Below, one piece after another: positions 46,738 to 48,260 of a DNA stretch of 48,260 nucleotides. This stretch comes from Hormoscilla sp. (lineage in GTDB: Bacteria; Cyanobacteriota; Cyanobacteriia; Cyanobacteriales; Desertifilaceae), in NCBI GenBank assembly GCA_051439505.1, contig JBFRWI010000043.1, forward strand, positions 1-48,260, given 5' to 3'. Numbering within the stretch: the first letter of the stretch is position 1; each line of letters begins with the position of its first letter. The position numbers were made by a program, and so were the translations under genes. The notes under the pieces are model-generated. The model made no database searches. It saw only the letters and a list, made by a program, of their open reading frames with translations, and was not told the DNA's origin.

Positions 46738-48258
46738 ATGGCAATGGAAAAACTGGCGATCGCGAAGCTGGGAGATGGTGATTTTGATGGCGGGTTACCA
46801 GTGGCCATCGAAATTCATCAGTTGGGAAAAAATGGACGGCATGAAATTCAGAAATTCCATGGCCAGTTACCCCCATGCCCAGAATTGACTGGCCTTTATC
46901 AGAATTGGCAGACACAATATAGAGGTTTGCTTCGTTCTGCTAGGGAAGGCTTCAAAAAAGCTCAAGTCACTCAGGTTTCGGTTTCCGAATGCGAATATTG
47001 CTTCCAAACCTTACGCGCCAGTCTCAACCGGTGGCTTGACTCGGAGGAATTTCGCTCGACCAAGAAACTGTTAGCAGCATCTCTCAGTCAGGAACAGCCG
47101 CCGGAAATTCGTTTCGTTATCCAAACGGATGCGATCGCCTGGGATGCCACCAAGGACATCTTACACCGACTGCCCTGGCATGGGCGGGATTTGTTTCCGG
47201 AAAACTGGCAAGTGGAGACTGCGATCGGTTTCCGGGATGGGGAAGCGAGTTTTCAGAATTCCCACAGTTCCCCTGAATCTGGTAGAATGAGAGATGTCAA
47301 AATCTTAGGCATCCTGGGGGATAGTGAGGGCATTGATGTCGAGGCTGACAAACAAGCAATTAGCCAGTTACCAGGGGCCTCGCCTGAGTTTCTGATCGAG
47401 CCAAAACGAGCAGATTTTGCCAGACTTTGGGACGATCGCTGGGACATCCTGTTCTTCGCAGGTCATAGCGAGACGGAAGGGGACGGTCAAACTGGCTTGC
47501 TCTATATTAATCCCGACGATCGGCTGAACATTGAGGAAATCAGAAAGACTCTCATGGCTGCCCAGCAGCAGGGTTTGAAGTTAGCAATATTCAACTCCTG
47601 TGATGGACTAGGTTTGGCGCGGCAACTGGCGGACTTAAACATCCCCCAAATCGTTGTTTGGCGGGAACCAGTGCCAGATTTAGTGGCGCAAAAGTTTCTG
47701 AAATATTTTCTGACTTCCTTTGCTGGGGGTAAGTCTCTATATCGGTCGGTGCGGGAAGCGAGGGACAAGTTACGAGAACTCGAACCTGAGATTGAGGAGC
47801 AACTACCGGGGGTAACTGCATTGCCTGTCATTTGTCAAAATCTGGCGGACGAACCTGTCAGTTGGGAGAAGTTGAGAGGAGGCAGTGGTGACAGCACCAG
47901 TAGTGAGGACCCGAAGCCAGTGAATTGGCTCAATCAGACGATCCTGTCTGTGGGGATAAAAAATATCTTGTTAGGGATGACGATGACAATGGTAGGAATT
48001 ACCTTATCATTTACAACGAATATCAACATCTCAATCAAAGAATTATATACTGGTAGACAAGAGACTGCCAGTTTGCACCCAACTACGAGCCATCGGTCAA
48101 ACTCGGTTCTTGTTGAGGGATACGAGTTTTTGCAGAATGGAGATTATGACAGGGCTGAAGAAAAAATCAACCAGGCGAGAATGGGGGAACCTAAATCCCC
48201 AGACCCTTGGTACGGGAAAGCTCAACTGGCTCTCGCAAGAGAAAACAGACCCGTCGCA
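46738..48258 (+). CDS. CHAT protease - TM - TPR protein (runs off the window edge)
   Basis: Not in ORF track. My translation from ATG 46738 is open to the end: LGDGDFDGG, LHRLPWH, ILGILGDSEGID, catalytic FFAGHS and IFNSCDGLGLA, then hydrophobic ILLGMTMTMVGITLSF and TPR-like GYEFLQNGDYDRAEEKINQA...DPWYGKA. Confidence 0.9.
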   Translation, partial: MAMEKLAIAKLGDGDFDGGLPVAIEIHQLGKNGRHEIQKFHGQLPPCPELTGLYQNWQTQYRGLLRSAREGFKKAQVTQVSVSECEYCFQTLRASLNRWLDSEEFRSTKKLLAASLSQEQPPEIRFVIQTDAIAWDATKDILHRLPWHGRDLFPENWQVETAIGFRDGEASFQNSHSSPESGRMRDVKILGILGDSEGIDVEADKQAISQLPGASPEFLIEPKRADFARLWDDRWDILFFAGHSETEGDGQTGLLYINPDDRLNIEEIRKTLMAAQQQGLKLAIFNSCDGLGLARQLADLNIPQIVVWREPVPDLVAQKFLKYFLTSFAGGKSLYRSVREARDKLRELEPEIEEQLPGVTALPVICQNLADEPVSWEKLRGGSGDSTSSEDPKPVNWLNQTILSVGIKNILLGMTMTMVGITLSFTTNINISIKELYTGRQETASLHPTTSHRSNSVLVEGYEFLQNGDYDRAEEKINQARMGEPKSPDPWYGKAQLALARENRPVA

Positions 48259-48260
48259 CT

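Noticed and set aside
46400..47831. Several minus-strand ORFs at the right end
   Set aside because: Shadows of the plus-strand DUF1822 and CHAT genes; the CHAT gene is absent from the track only because it has no stop in the window.
1..48260. High GCGATCGC density as a novel signal
   Set aside because: This is the well-known cyanobacterial HIP1 octamer.

Overview
Chromosomal window from a filamentous cyanobacterium, probably Oscillatoriales-like. That placement is inferred from abundant HIP1 (GCGATCGC), several REP/MITE families and gene content. Housekeeping genes: pirA (absent from the ORF track), gcvH, gcvT, the deoC-recO-MFS-GT4 (probable dgdA) cluster, cobN, cikA, nanE, a Dam-like methylase, DUF751-rbfA-GH3, DUF2993, GerMN and an ArsR regulator. 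Signalling genes: REC-SpoIIE phosphatase, Cache hybrid kinase, Cache-HAMP-PAS adenylate cyclase and a UrtA/AmiC-GAF-histidine kinase. A defence-like cluster at about 8-15 kb holds HigBA, an Rpn-like nuclease, a TPR-CHAT protease with a small partner and a broken VapBC. Most interesting observations: (1) a sigma factor / DUF1822 / membrane-anchored CHAT-TPR protease operon at the right end that looks like a proteolytic anti-sigma circuit; (2) two tandem NsiR1-like sRNA units with DIF1-like TCCGGA promoters upstream of deoC; (3) a 3.3 kb segment carrying a hybrid kinase between 80 bp inverted repeats; (4) MITE/REP elements inserted in frame in the TPR-CHAT gene, cikA and cobN; (5) an internal RBS/ATG in the Rpn gene; (6) a duplicated cyclase 3' end bracketing a TA remnant. 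No tRNA, rRNA, CRISPR array or transposase was recognised. All family assignments come from motif recognition by eye, not database searches.
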